Shown piece after piece: positions 25,181-35,826 of a stretch of DNA of 48,333 nt; position 1 is the stretch's first letter, and every line of letters begins with the position of its first letter. Below the pieces are notes generated by a model. It was not told the origin of the DNA and made no database searches. It saw nothing but the letters and a program-made list of their open reading frames with translations. The stretch is from Chiloscyllium plagiosum. Its lineage: Eukaryota. Location of the stretch: the NCBI RefSeq assembly GCF_004010195.1, contig NC_057720.1:13361241-13409573 (forward strand), written 5' to 3'. Position numbers and translations under genes: made by a program.

Positions 25181-25391
25181 GGATGCAGTTGCAGAGAGTG
25201 GGGGTTAATCTGAGATCACTAAGCAGGGTTTATGTTCCACGTGAGCTTTCTCCCACAATGAGTCCCAACAGCTTATTCTTTATTCAATCATCTCCTTAAA
25301 TACATGCTGTTGTGACAAAGATCAGGGGAATTCTCTCTCTACCTTCACTAATACTTGTCAACCAAGCCTAAACACCTAAAACAGATTACTG

Positions 25392-27068
25392 AATTGAATG
25401 GATTGAATTGAATTTATTGTCACTTGTACTGAGGCACAGTGAAAAGCTTTGTCTTGTGAGCAACACAGGCAGGTCACAAAGTTAAGTAGCAAAGATAAGT
25501 AAATAATACGTAAACAGCGGCAAAAACAAAAACACAGGTACAGGCGAAATGTTAAGAGTTTGTGATTCCATTCAGTATTCTAACAACAATAGGGTAGAAA
25601 CTGTTGTGGAACTGGCTGGTGCGTGTGTTCAGGCTTCTGTACATTCTCCCTGATGGTAGAGGTTGTAGAAAAACATTGCCAGGGTGGGATGGATCTTTGA
25701 GAATGCTGGTGGTCTTTCCTTGACAGCAGACCTGGTAGATGGGTTCTATAGACAGGACATTGACCTTTGTGATTGTCCGGGTCGAGTTCACCACTCTCTG
25801 TAACCGTCTCCAACCTTGAGTGCTACAGTTGCCATACCAGGTCATGATACATCCAGACAGAATGCTCTCGATGGCGCACCTATAAACGATGGCAAGGGTA
25901 TTTGCCAACATGCCAAATGTCCTCAGCTTCCTGAGGAAGAAGAGATGTTGTTAGGCCTTTGTAACTAGTGCATCCACATGAAGAGTCCAAGAAAGCTTGT
26001 AGCGGATGACCATTCCCAGGAGCTTGACACTCTCCACTCGTTCCACCTCTGTGCTGTTAATGTGTAGGGGGGCACGAGTAACATCCTGCTGAAAGTCAAT
26101 AATGAGTTCCTTGGTTTTGCCGGCATTGAGAGCTAGGATGTTCTCAGTCACCATTTTTCCAGATCTTCCACCTCCCGTCTGTAGTCTGTTCCGTTGCCAT
26201 CTGAGATTCGACCAGCTATTGGTGGTGTCATTAGCGAACTTGTGAATGGCATTAGTCTGGTATTTGGCGACACAGTCATGGGTATACAGTGAGTACAGTA
26301 GGGGGCTGAGTACGCACCCCTGGGGGCTCCAGTGTTGAGTGTTAGTCAGGATGAAATATTGTCCCCAATCTTCACTGATTGTGGCCTATGGGTCAGGAAA
26401 CTGAGGATACAGTTACAGAGAGTGGGGGTTAATCCGAGATCACTAAGTTTAGTAATCAGTCTTGAGGGAATAATAGTGTTGAAGGCTGAACTGTAATCAA
26501 TGAGTAGGATTCTTATGTAGCCATTCTTGGTGTCAAGATGTTCTAGGGAGGAGCGAAGGGCAAATGATATGGCATCTGACGTGGATCTGTTGGCCCAATA
26601 GGCTAATTGGAGTGGGTCAAGAGTAGTGGGGAGGCTGGAGTTGATTAATGTCATGACCAGCTTTTCAAAACACTTCATGACCACCGAGGTTAGGGCCACT
26701 AGGTGGTAGTCATTGAGACATGCTGCATGAGCCTTCTTAGGCACAAGGATGACGTTGGCCCTCTTGAAACAGGCAGGGACAGGGCCCTGCTGCAGGGAGA
26801 GGTTGAAGATGTCCGAGAAGACCTCTGCCAGTTGATCTGTGCATGCTCTGAGTGCACGGCCTGGTACTCCGTCTGGTCCCATCACTTTCCTTGGATTCAC
26901 ATGAAGGAAAAGTGATCTGACCTCTGATGCAGTGACTGTTGGGATAAGTTCATCAGGACTTGTCGATATAGGTGTTACCTCTCTGTCAAAATTCTGCTCA
27001 AAGTGAGCATAGACGGTGTTGGGACGATCTGGGAGGGATGTGTCATCGTCTGCTATCTTGTCTGCTAT
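25392..27068 (-). mobile_element. Rex1/Babar-type LINE, 5'-truncated, with RT domain
   Basis: Peptides GPDGVPGRALRAC, CLNDYHLVALTSVVMKCFE, DYSSAFNTIIP, GAPGVR/KFAND region, and SFYPIVVRILN; (TCAAT)n tail. Confidence 0.93.
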
Positions 27069-27695
27069 CGGCTGCTACTGGGTCATTACCTTGTGTGTAT
27101 GGAATCTCACTCACTGTGTAATTTGGCTGTTGCAACCATGAGTAAACTTTATTGAAATTTAACAGGTGTGCTGTCTGACCATCAAACTTCATCCAATTGG
27201 AAAATGGGTCTTTTTAGTTTCCAACTCATGTAGCAAAACAGCATATCATAGGGATGGAGTATTGGATGACTAAAGGATGGAGGGATGGGGACAGTTCCTC
27301 TTATCATGGTTGACAATCCTAATTAAGCATAGGAATTTCATTAAGAACTTTGAGACGTTTCAAGTCATGAGAGGTTTTTTAGAAATGCAAGATCTTGCTT
27401 TTAAAGAAGCAATAAAAAATTGACACAATTTTATATAAATGATTAAATTTGGCAGGATCAACACTTTATATTCGATGTCATCAGGCAGGTTTTTATTTTT
27501 CATTACTTGGAGTGGAATGGGGCACTGCAGTTCCTCGTGTTGGTATTGATACCACGTGGTGTTTCAGCCAGGTTGGGCTTGGCCTGTTTACCAGAGGCAC
27601 AAATCTCCTGCAGTACACTGATTATCAAAACCCTCTCAGTCAGCACTCCTCTCCCTGTGGCAAAGTCTATTCCATGCTGTAGGAATCAGCTGGGG

Positions 27696-27810
27696 TCAAC
27701 ACTGTGGAATGTATGCCCATCCGAATGAAAATGTCATCATGGCAAATAGGGCAATACAGAACAGGTTCATCTGCTCCCTGGAGGCAATTCTACTGTCCTC
27801 ACTGAAATCA
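27696..27810 (-). CDS. Candidate terminal coding exon d of an unidentified gene
   Basis: Acceptor ...gaccacag, phase-2 compatible with exon c, reads (S)DFSEDSRIASREQMNLFCIALFAMMTFSFGWAYIPQC*. Minus-strand AATAAA at 27492-27497. Confidence 0.2.
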
Positions 27811-28169
27811 CTGTGGTCCCGTAACAGGGACAGAATCAGGACAGTGTAATTACTTCACTCCTCAACTCCTATAATCTCTCCAAGCAGATACAGCCTTGTT
27901 CATATATATATATACTCATTCGTAATACATCAACCCATGAAATGCAACAATTTTCACAATGGGCGTGAGATTTTTGGGCGGCAAACGAATTATATTTGTG
28001 TAGAATTATACCTGTTAACATACGAATATATCTTCCATGAACACCAGAATATATCCCCTGTACAGTTATCAGTTATAAATTGCCATGGGATAAATGCACC
28101 TTATAGTAGGAACAACCTGGACAATGAAATAACTGGCTATTGGGTTTCCACTCAGTTTGTTCATCTTTG

Positions 28170-28288
28170 GGAGAAAGAGGGGACACTCTACTGAGTTGGA
28201 TGATCAGCCATGTTCATTTGAATGGTGCAGCAGGCTCAAAGGACCAAATGGCCTACTCCTGTTTATATTTTCTCTATTTCTATGTTTA
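28170..28288 (+). mobile_element. CR1 3' UTR fragment
   Basis: gatcagccatgttcatttgaatggtgcagcaggctcaaaggaccaaatggcctactcc plus a ttctatgtt tail. Confidence 0.8.
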
Positions 28289-28351
28289 TAACTCTTTCCA
28301 AGACCTACTCTCATGTTCCCTGCACTTAGAAATTTAAGGAAATAAACAAAC

Positions 28352-28527
28352 AAAGAAACATACAACACAGGAACTGGCCCTCTTGTCCTCCAGGTCTGTA
28401 CTGACACACTTAGCCCTTCCACACTAAAACTGTCTTCACTTACAGGATCCATAATTCATGTATCTGTCCAGGTGCTTCCTGAATGTTGCTGTTGTGTCTG
28501 CTTCCACCACCTCCTCTGGCAGCACAA
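28352..28527 (-). mobile_element. CR1 3' fragment
   Basis: gcttccaccacctcctctggcagc is the reverse of the LPEEVVEA-coding region. Confidence 0.7.
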
Positions 28528-28570
28528 CCCTTAATCTTAATGATGATGGAGCCATGGCCCCCATTTCCAC

Positions 28571-28722
28571 CTGTAACGTTTCAGGATGGCTTGAGATGGG
28601 CTAATGATGGGCAATGGATATTCTTTGCGGGCAGTACACCAGGGACTTTTCTGATGAGTAATGATCACGATTCTCTGGAGCAGAGGTTTGGCCAGAGGCT
28701 CATTAATCATGCTGTGCCAACC
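28571..28722 (-). CDS. Candidate coding exon c
   Basis: Good acceptor taacctgcctctctccag. The single open frame reads GWHSMINEPLAKPLLQRIVIITHQKSPWCTARKEYPLPIISPSQAILKRY. The donor AG|gtggaa is weak; read-through stops at about 28538. Confidence 0.35.
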
Positions 28723-29234
28723 CTGGAGAGAGGCAGGTTACTCCAAAAATGATTGCTTAAAACCCAAATGTGAACAGATGAAATTAAGGTTGTAAATATA
28801 TCAATGGCTGGGCCATTGCCGAGTACAGTGGGAGTTTTCGGCGGCAATAATAACAATAAAGAAAGTACAGAACAGGAAGATATCAGGTGTGAAAAATTAG
28901 TTACGTAGAGAGGCCCACAATTCTACAACTATCCATGGAGCAGTGGAGATTTCTAAATGGTCTTAAATTTATGAAGCATTTCACAGGAGTCAATAGAGAA
29001 TGACAATGTTCCCAGGTCACATTCTAAAACTATCACAAAGGATAATGAGACAAGTTAAAATAAGATCTCCATAGTTACGTTCCAATAGAGATCAATAAGT
29101 TTTCAAAAAAGGTAAATAACTGAAGGACAAGATTTCATGCATTAAGACTTTTGCAATCAAATTCAAAGCTAACATAGTTCAAGCATTACTTAGCAGGCAG
29201 CTAATTCATCAAACTAAACAAAAGGTACATTTGC

Positions 29235-29468
29235 ATCAGAGCTGAAAAATGTGTTGCTGGAAAAGCGCAGCAGGTCAGGCAGCATACAAGGAGCAAGAGA
29301 ATCGACGTTTCGGGCATAAGCCCTTCTTCAGGAATCATTCCTGAAGAAGGGCTTATGCCCGAAACGTCGATTCTCCTGCTCCTTGGATGCTGCCTGACCT
29401 GCTGCGCTTTTCCAGCAACACATTTTTCAGCTCTGATCTCCAGCATCTGCAGTCCTCACTTTTTCCTA
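29235..29468 (+). mobile_element. Family A fold-back palindrome with two back-to-back hammerhead motifs
   Basis: About 101-bp arms (2 mismatches) centred on 29336. CTGAAGAagggcttatgcccGAAAcgtc occurs on both strands. TSD gtac[a/t]tttgcatca at 29225-29238 and 29469-29482. Confidence 0.93.
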
Positions 29469-29561
29469 GTACTTTTGCATCAACTGACTAATGCAATTTA
29501 AACTCATCTGGCATTCTTTTGCTGCAATTCTGGCAATATCACAAGAACATGTCCATGTTAC

Positions 29562-29716
29562 TCCCGTTCTCAGCAGGCTCAGTTCTCCTGGCCTTGCTGT
29601 GTCAGACTGTCCAGTATCCTGTGAGAACCATTCCCCATGGAGTTTCTCCAAACCTGACTTCTCCAGCAAAGCCCACCTCAATGAATCCTTGTGCTTTAAA
29701 TCTCCAAGGGTCACAT
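29562..29716 (-). CDS. Candidate coding exon b
   Basis: Acceptor tttgctttctgtttacaacaacag and donor GGA|gtaaca. Open frame (D)VTLGDLKHKDSLRWALLEKSGLEKLHGEWFSQDTGQSDTARPGELSLLRTG joins exon c in phase 0. Confidence 0.35.
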
Positions 29717-30806
29717 CTGTTGTTGTAAACAGAAAGCAAATTCTCACAAGGTTCCTGCTTGCTTGCCAATATAAAGCAACTCCTCTCTCCTCTTCACAAC
29801 TGTTTTGATCCTCCACGCAGCCAGTACTGCATTCTTTTTCTTCCTCTCCCTTTCTCTGAGTCAAAGAATAGCTGTCCCAGGTATGAAAACTTCCTTCTCG
29901 ATATTTAATTAATTTCCTGCTTGAGTTTCTTTCCCCATGGCACCCAGATTACAACAGCCTGTCTCCAAGAGACCATATTTAGTATGACCTCACCAAACCC
30001 CTTCCCAGAACATTCTCTTTCACTTTAGGTTTGAGGAGATATTCTGGATCATAGAAAGTCCAATGTCTGTAACACCAGTCTAAGGAGCATGGGCTGCTAA
30101 ACACATGGATGGGGTCAGGGGACTGACCATTGCCTCCATTTAGGGAAAACTGAATGATTATTTGAAAGAGAGGAATTTGCCAGGCTATTTAGAAATTAGA
30201 GAGCAGTGAATTGAGTTTTACATGGTTCCAACAACAAGATACAATGTGTGGATTGAACCAAATGGTCACCTTAAAGTGTAAGCATCTCTGATTCAGCAAA
30301 ATTATATTTATTTATCAATATTCAAAAGAATAGATAAATATATCTGAATACAACAATTATTACCAAGGAGTTTTAGATGGAAAGAGAAGTCCATTATAAA
30401 GAGATGGAATAATAATACTTGATCCAGAGAGAGAGATCCAACTGCAATGCCAAATAAATAGATTAGGCTCAGCATGACCTGAACTGTAAAATGGTTTTGT
30501 TCAATTGATCTGTTAACAAGGATGTTCAGGCAGTGACATAGCAACAGTTTAGTTCCTAAAATTTTATATCTTCATAATCAGTGAAATCTATCTGTTCTAT
30601 GTGGCAGGAGAGCAAATATGTTTTGCTTCCCATAATCTGTACTTCTCTGTTGCTTGGTTCTGGGGTCTAAGTACACACTGTTTCCTGAGACTGTGAATAG
30701 ACAATCTTTCTTGGGAAAGATTGGAGGCTGTAACATCAAAGTCAAGCCAATTCCTGTTCAATGGCAAACATCGGAAGTGGGAACATCAGCCAACTTTCTG
30801 GGTCAC

Positions 30807-30849
30807 CTCGGTCAATTATAGCACCCCTCTGCTTCTGTCTCTGCATGGC
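30807..30849 (-). CDS. Candidate small coding exon a
   Basis: Reads AMQRQKQRGAIIDR, with donor GAG|gtgacc in phase 1, compatible with exon b. Confidence 0.2.
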
Positions 30850-30884
30850 CTTGCGATGGACACACAGGATAATGACATGATGAA

Positions 30885-31185
30885 AATGTTACTTGATTAG
30901 TAACCCTGAGGCCCAGACTAATCTGAAGATATGGGTTCAACTCTCACTCACGGCAAATGATGGAATTTAATTCAATTAATTGAAAACTGTCTTACAACTA
31001 GGAGAGATAAAAGTCCATTTGGCTCACTGATGCTCTTTTGGGATAGCACCCTTTTGGCCTATACAGGTTACTCCAGATAGTTTCCTATTAACCACCCTCC
31101 AAAATGGTGCAGTAAGACACTTGCTTCAAGGAGCAATTCAGGGTAGCAACAAATGTTGGTCTTATCTATGATGGAATAAACTAAA
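30885..31185 (+). mobile_element. SINE family 2, degenerate
   Basis: gggttcaactc...tggaatttaattcaat...ccatttggctcactgatg. Confidence 0.6.
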
Positions 31186-31373
31186 CAAAGTTTCAACTTG
31201 GTTCTGAAAGTTTCAATATTGTGGAACCATATGAAGGGTAATCTAGATGGTTTGTGAAGCCAACTGGTAGAGAGAACCCATTCTAGAATTTTCTGTATAC
31301 ACAACAGAAAAAGAAGTTTGGCAGATTCTAGAACAGCTTGGATATCACATCCTCTTAAATACAACAAAAAACT

Positions 31374-31485
31374 TGAAATCTGCATCAAAAAGAGAAACTG
31401 CTGGTGAAAATCAGCAGACCTGGCAGTATCCATGAGAAGAAAGCAAGGCTAATATTTTGAGTTTGGTAACTCTTCATCAGAACAG
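31374..31485 (-). mobile_element. PLE family C end with decayed hammerhead
   Basis: Minus strand gttCTGATGAagagttaccaaactcAAAAtatt. Confidence 0.6.
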
Positions 31486-33094
31486 ACAGTGGTTGGAAAA
31501 AGTAGTATTTTTGCTGAGGACTAGGTGGTGGAGGTAGGGCAGGTAAATAGTGAGGTGGAGGGGGAGTTCAGATAGCGAGAGAGAGAAAGAGAGAGAGGTA
31601 TGAAATGGCTAAGCAGATGGGGAGATTATTGACAGTAAGCCAGGGCAGAAGAGAAGTTAAGTAAGTGATAATGAGAGCTGGGGATAGAGAGAATTTGCAG
31701 GTTGTGCATTATCTCTAAATAGTCAAAGAACCAGGACACTAGGTCAGTCCTAGTTTACTTCAACCTTGAAAATATTTCAGCAAAGATTACAGTGTAGAGA
31801 AAGAGTGGTGATTGCCAGAATATAAATATGTTGCAATGTCAACAGTCTACACTTCCTGCTGTCAGAAACAATTTGTGCCCTACTAAAGTAATCTGCTGTC
31901 TAACATCAGAAAAGAGAACATTACACGTTAAGCATCAGCACTGAATCCATTAGCAGCAACTTTCACTCTATGTTCCATTCTAGGGGACCTCTGTACAAAC
32001 AGGGGGAGTGCTGCTCTGTCAGAGGCAGGGCCCAGCACAGTTGGCCACATCAGAGCCCAATTACTGGGACCCAGGGATCCAAGGAACTGGTTACAAATCC
32101 ATGAAGTGAGAGGTGCCCAATGTTCATGGTGTGAAGATGGGGACATTGTGCTTGGTTCAGGGGTGGGACAACTGTGCTCAGGTCTGGGGGTGGGGAGGGA
32201 TGAGGCCAGGAACAGAGGCCTGGACCAGGAACAGCGTCAGGGCTTGTGATTTCTCCAACTTGTCAGAGATGAGGTGTTTAACTGAGGGTCTGTCTGCCTT
32301 TTTGGGAGTGGGTGGGGGAGAACATGAAGATTCTCAAGGTCCTACTTTGAACAAGAGTGTGGGAGTTCTTCAGGGTATCACGGTCAAATCTTATCACACA
32401 AACAAACTATCTTACGATGATCACATTGCAGTTAGTGTGCAAGTTTCCTGCATTACACGTCAAAGGTTTATGGTTGCATAGAGATGTCATTTAACTGCAA
32501 ATACTTTTTGCTCTTTCTTTTAAAACTTTCCGGAACAAAATTGTCTAGTATTCCACAGGATGGATTCAGGAACCTTGTTCATTTGCATGTGCTGGTGATT
32601 CTGAATGCTTCAAACACTTCTAGGACGTAAAGTAAATCTGTCTCTCTTTTCTAACTATGTACATAAATCCAACCCTCAGAAGAACACTCCCAGCTCTTGA
32701 CGGCAATCACTTGGTGCACATTATTGTGGCTTTACCTCACAGCTGCTCGTCTCTAGTTAGATTTCCGTGGAATACAGCACCAGTTTATCACATGAGAGGC
32801 CTGCTCCACATCTCACACGAGACTGAGCACAATACTCTCCCCACTAAATAGGGCACATTGGAAGGATTTGCAAGTTGATAATCAACTGGTTGAGCCACAT
32901 TACAAATATACTTTGCTTTGCCACCATGTCCTGGAATGAGACCTGAACACAGAACTTCTGATCCATAGGTAGGGCCACTATCACTGTGCCATTGGGCCTC
33001 CTTGTAAGAAATGAGCGAGCCATATTTAATGAAATCACTGCTGAATCAGGCAGAATAAAGAGTAAACACTGCCTCCAGCTCCTGTGTTAGATAC

Positions 33095-33330
33095 AGGAAT
33101 GGTAGCAGTGCATGATGTTGTTAAGCTAGCAATCCAGAGTCTGGGACTACTGAACTGACAGCGTGAGTTCAAGTCCCAACATGTCAGTGAAGGAATTTAA
33201 ATGTAGTTAATTCAACAAAACGCTAGTACTGTATTAGCGTTAACAACCATTTTACTAACGCCTTGTCTCACAAAAGTCATTTAGGAAATATTTCCTGACA
33301 GTATGTGTGATAACTGCCATAGCAATGTAA
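33095..33330 (+). mobile_element. SINE family 2, highly degenerate
   Basis: gagttcaagtccc B box and ggaatttaaat...catttaggaaa remnants. Confidence 0.45.
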
Positions 33331-33898
33331 TTATTGTCACTTCACTTAGATACAGGCAAGTTAATCCTGCACTCAACACCCACAGAGCCTGGAGTGAGTA
33401 AAGGAATAAGTGTTTTGGAAAGATGCCCATTTCCCAATCTCTTCACTTGCATATTTGTGCTTTGCTCCTTCTTCCTGTTTGACCCCCCACAACTCTTGTT
33501 TGCCCCCAAAACCTCTACTCTAACTGTGTCTCCCTCTTCTCTCTCTGACATACAGTTGGCGGTGTCTAATGTCCCCTACATGCCCATTTTGGAACGTCTT
33601 CCAGTTATATCCTGCAAGGAACTAAAGTTAATTGAGCACTTCTTGTTCCTAACACACTCCTTCCTTATCTCTGGCTCTCTATGGCACAGTTTTAAAGTTT
33701 CCCCTGACCCACCTGAGGTCAGGCCCCACAGACAGACAACATCATGGAACTGGTGCACGAGTAGGCATTGGCCATCTAAAGCACCAATGGGCCAGTTCTT
33801 CAGTTCTCACATTAGGTATCCTGTGGGTTACCATTTTACCTTTATTTTGGCCCAAGTTTACTTGTGGGTCCAAAGCAAGTAAGGATTGGGTTGAAGTT

Positions 33899-34512
33899 AT
33901 AGAGATATAGAGTCATATAGCAAGGAAAGATCATTCTGCCCAATCAGTCTATGCTGACCATAATCCTAAACTAAAATAATCCCACCTGCCAATGTTTGTT
34001 CTATATCCCTCCAAACATTTCTTATTCATGTACTTATCCAAATATCTTTTAAACATTGTACTGTACCCGCATCCACAACTTCCTCTGTAAGTTCATTCCA
34101 CACACAAACCCTACTCTGTGTAAAAAGGTTGTCCTTATGTCCTTCTTAAATCTTTCTCCTCTCACCTTAAAAATACGCCCCTTAATCTTGAAATCCCCCA
34201 CCCTACGGAAAAGACACCTGGCCTTCACCTTATCTGTACCTCTCATGATCTTATAAATCTCTATAAGGTCACCCCATAATCTCAAAATCCCAGGTGTGGC
34301 CTCACCAATGCCCTGTTCAATTGCAGCAAGATATCCTTGTTCCCATATGCAAATTCTCTTGCTATGAAGGCCAACATACCAGCTGCTTTCTTTATTGCTG
34401 TTGCACCTGCATGCTTACTTTCAGCAACTAATGTACAAGGATGTCAGGTCCCATTGAACAGTCTGCTCTCTCAATTTACATAATAATCTGCACCTTCCTA
34501 TTTTTGCTACCA
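33899..34512 (-). mobile_element. CR1/HER1 3' fragments
   Basis: Peptide RLWGDLIEIYKIMRGTDKV; tail tatagagatatagagtcatatag. Confidence 0.85.
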
Positions 34513-35436
34513 AAGTAATTGGTCTTTAGTTCCACTTCTGTAGCTAGATCTTGTGGTTACACTCAGTGTGGCAGTTAGTTGAGATGTAAATCTTTCACAT
34601 CATGATTTTCCCACTTATATTATGGCACTCTTTTAAAGGTACCCCTGGCCAACCTGGGATCTTAAACATTACTGTCAGAATCTCAAATCTCTTTTGGTTC
34701 CCCACTGAACTCTGACTTGGACAGTTCCAACACATCATCACCTTGGTGCTGCAGTTAATTATTTGTTTTGCTACTTGCTAAAGGCTAAACTTGTTCAGAA
34801 TGACTGAGTTCTCTCCACAGATGCTGCCAGACTTGCTGAGCTTTTCCAGCAATTTCTCTTCTTGTTCATAGTGAATAGGTTTTGATGTTTGTTGAAGAAA
34901 CTTGGTAGGAGATTCTTCCATGATCTCTTTAACAGTAAAGAGAAAGAAACGTAACAATCCTGGTGATTCAGTTGGATATTTACTCTTAATGGCATCCCAT
35001 GGATTTGAAGGACTTGATTCTCAGCACAACCCTGCTGTCAGACTTGTCACATGTGGTAGAGAAAAATCACCTTCTGGTCAAGCTGAAAGTGTCTTGTGTA
35101 CTTAACCAGGTAAACTTTATTGCATTTTGGCAACTAGTTACAGGATGACACGTTGCAAAGACTTTGAGAATTAGGTCTCACTCCTGTCAAATCTTAAGCT
35201 GTTGTGTTTACCAATCCGTAAGATATTATCATAGTGTGTTTGCTCGAGGTACTTCTCAGTATTAACCCTTTCAGATCCTTATGCAACAAAACTTGTACAA
35301 CAATGCTCAGAGAAATGCAAAGCATGGAGGAGGGGAATACATGAAACAGAACATCTATTACTCTCTGGGCTTGTGCTGTGCAGCAATAATTGATGGTATA
35401 CAGAAATAAAATACTGAAGACACCACAAGTTTGAGA

Positions 35437-35510
35437 TTAAAAACTGGAAGTGCTGGAATTACTCAGTAGGTCAGGCAGCACTCATGAAGAGAGGAGAATT
35501 ACAGCTTCCG
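35437..35510 (-). mobile_element. PLE family C end fragment
   Basis: gtgctggaattactcagtaggtcaggcagca. Confidence 0.55.
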
Positions 35511-35826
35511 ATTAGACTAGATTCCAGACAGTGTGGAAACAGGCCCTTCAGCCCAACAAGTCCACACCGACCCCCCCCCCCTCCCCCCGAAGAGTAACCC
35601 ACCCAGACCCATTTCCCCTCTGACTAATGCATCTAACACTATGGGCAATTTAGCATGGCCAATTCACCTGAACTGCACATCTTTGGACTATGGAAGGAAA
35701 CCGGAGCACCCAGAGGAGACTCATGCAGCCAGGGGGGAAATGTTCAAACTCCAGGCAGACAGTCACCTGAGGCTGGAATCGAACCTGGGACCCTGGTGCT
35801 GTGAGGCAGCAGTGCTAACCATTGAG
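35511..35826 (-). mobile_element. HE1-type SINE
   Basis: Core, B box (ggaatcgaacc) and tail as in the other copies. Confidence 0.92.

Larger units (their letters stand above)
24562..27395 (+). mobile_element. DeuSINE (SacSINE1-like) broken into several pieces by nested insertions
   Basis: Head tgtggctcagtaggtagcac (24562), gagatgttaa...accgag (24703-24830), caggggaattctc...aaacagatta (25323-25389), ggtcattacc...aatttggctg (27080-27130), tail ...aaatgcaag (about 27390). Confidence 0.6.

Noticed and set aside
28483..29808. Plus-strand ORFs (DGLRWANDGQWIFF...; RLSSPGLAVSDCPV...)
   Set aside because: They are in-register antisense shadows of the minus-strand candidate exons, and one is Ser-rich. 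Not fully excluded, but less protein-like.
33334..33882. 182-aa plus-strand ORF
   Set aside because: Starts at TTG in pyrimidine-rich sequence, with no domain or splice support; probably chance or a decayed repeat.
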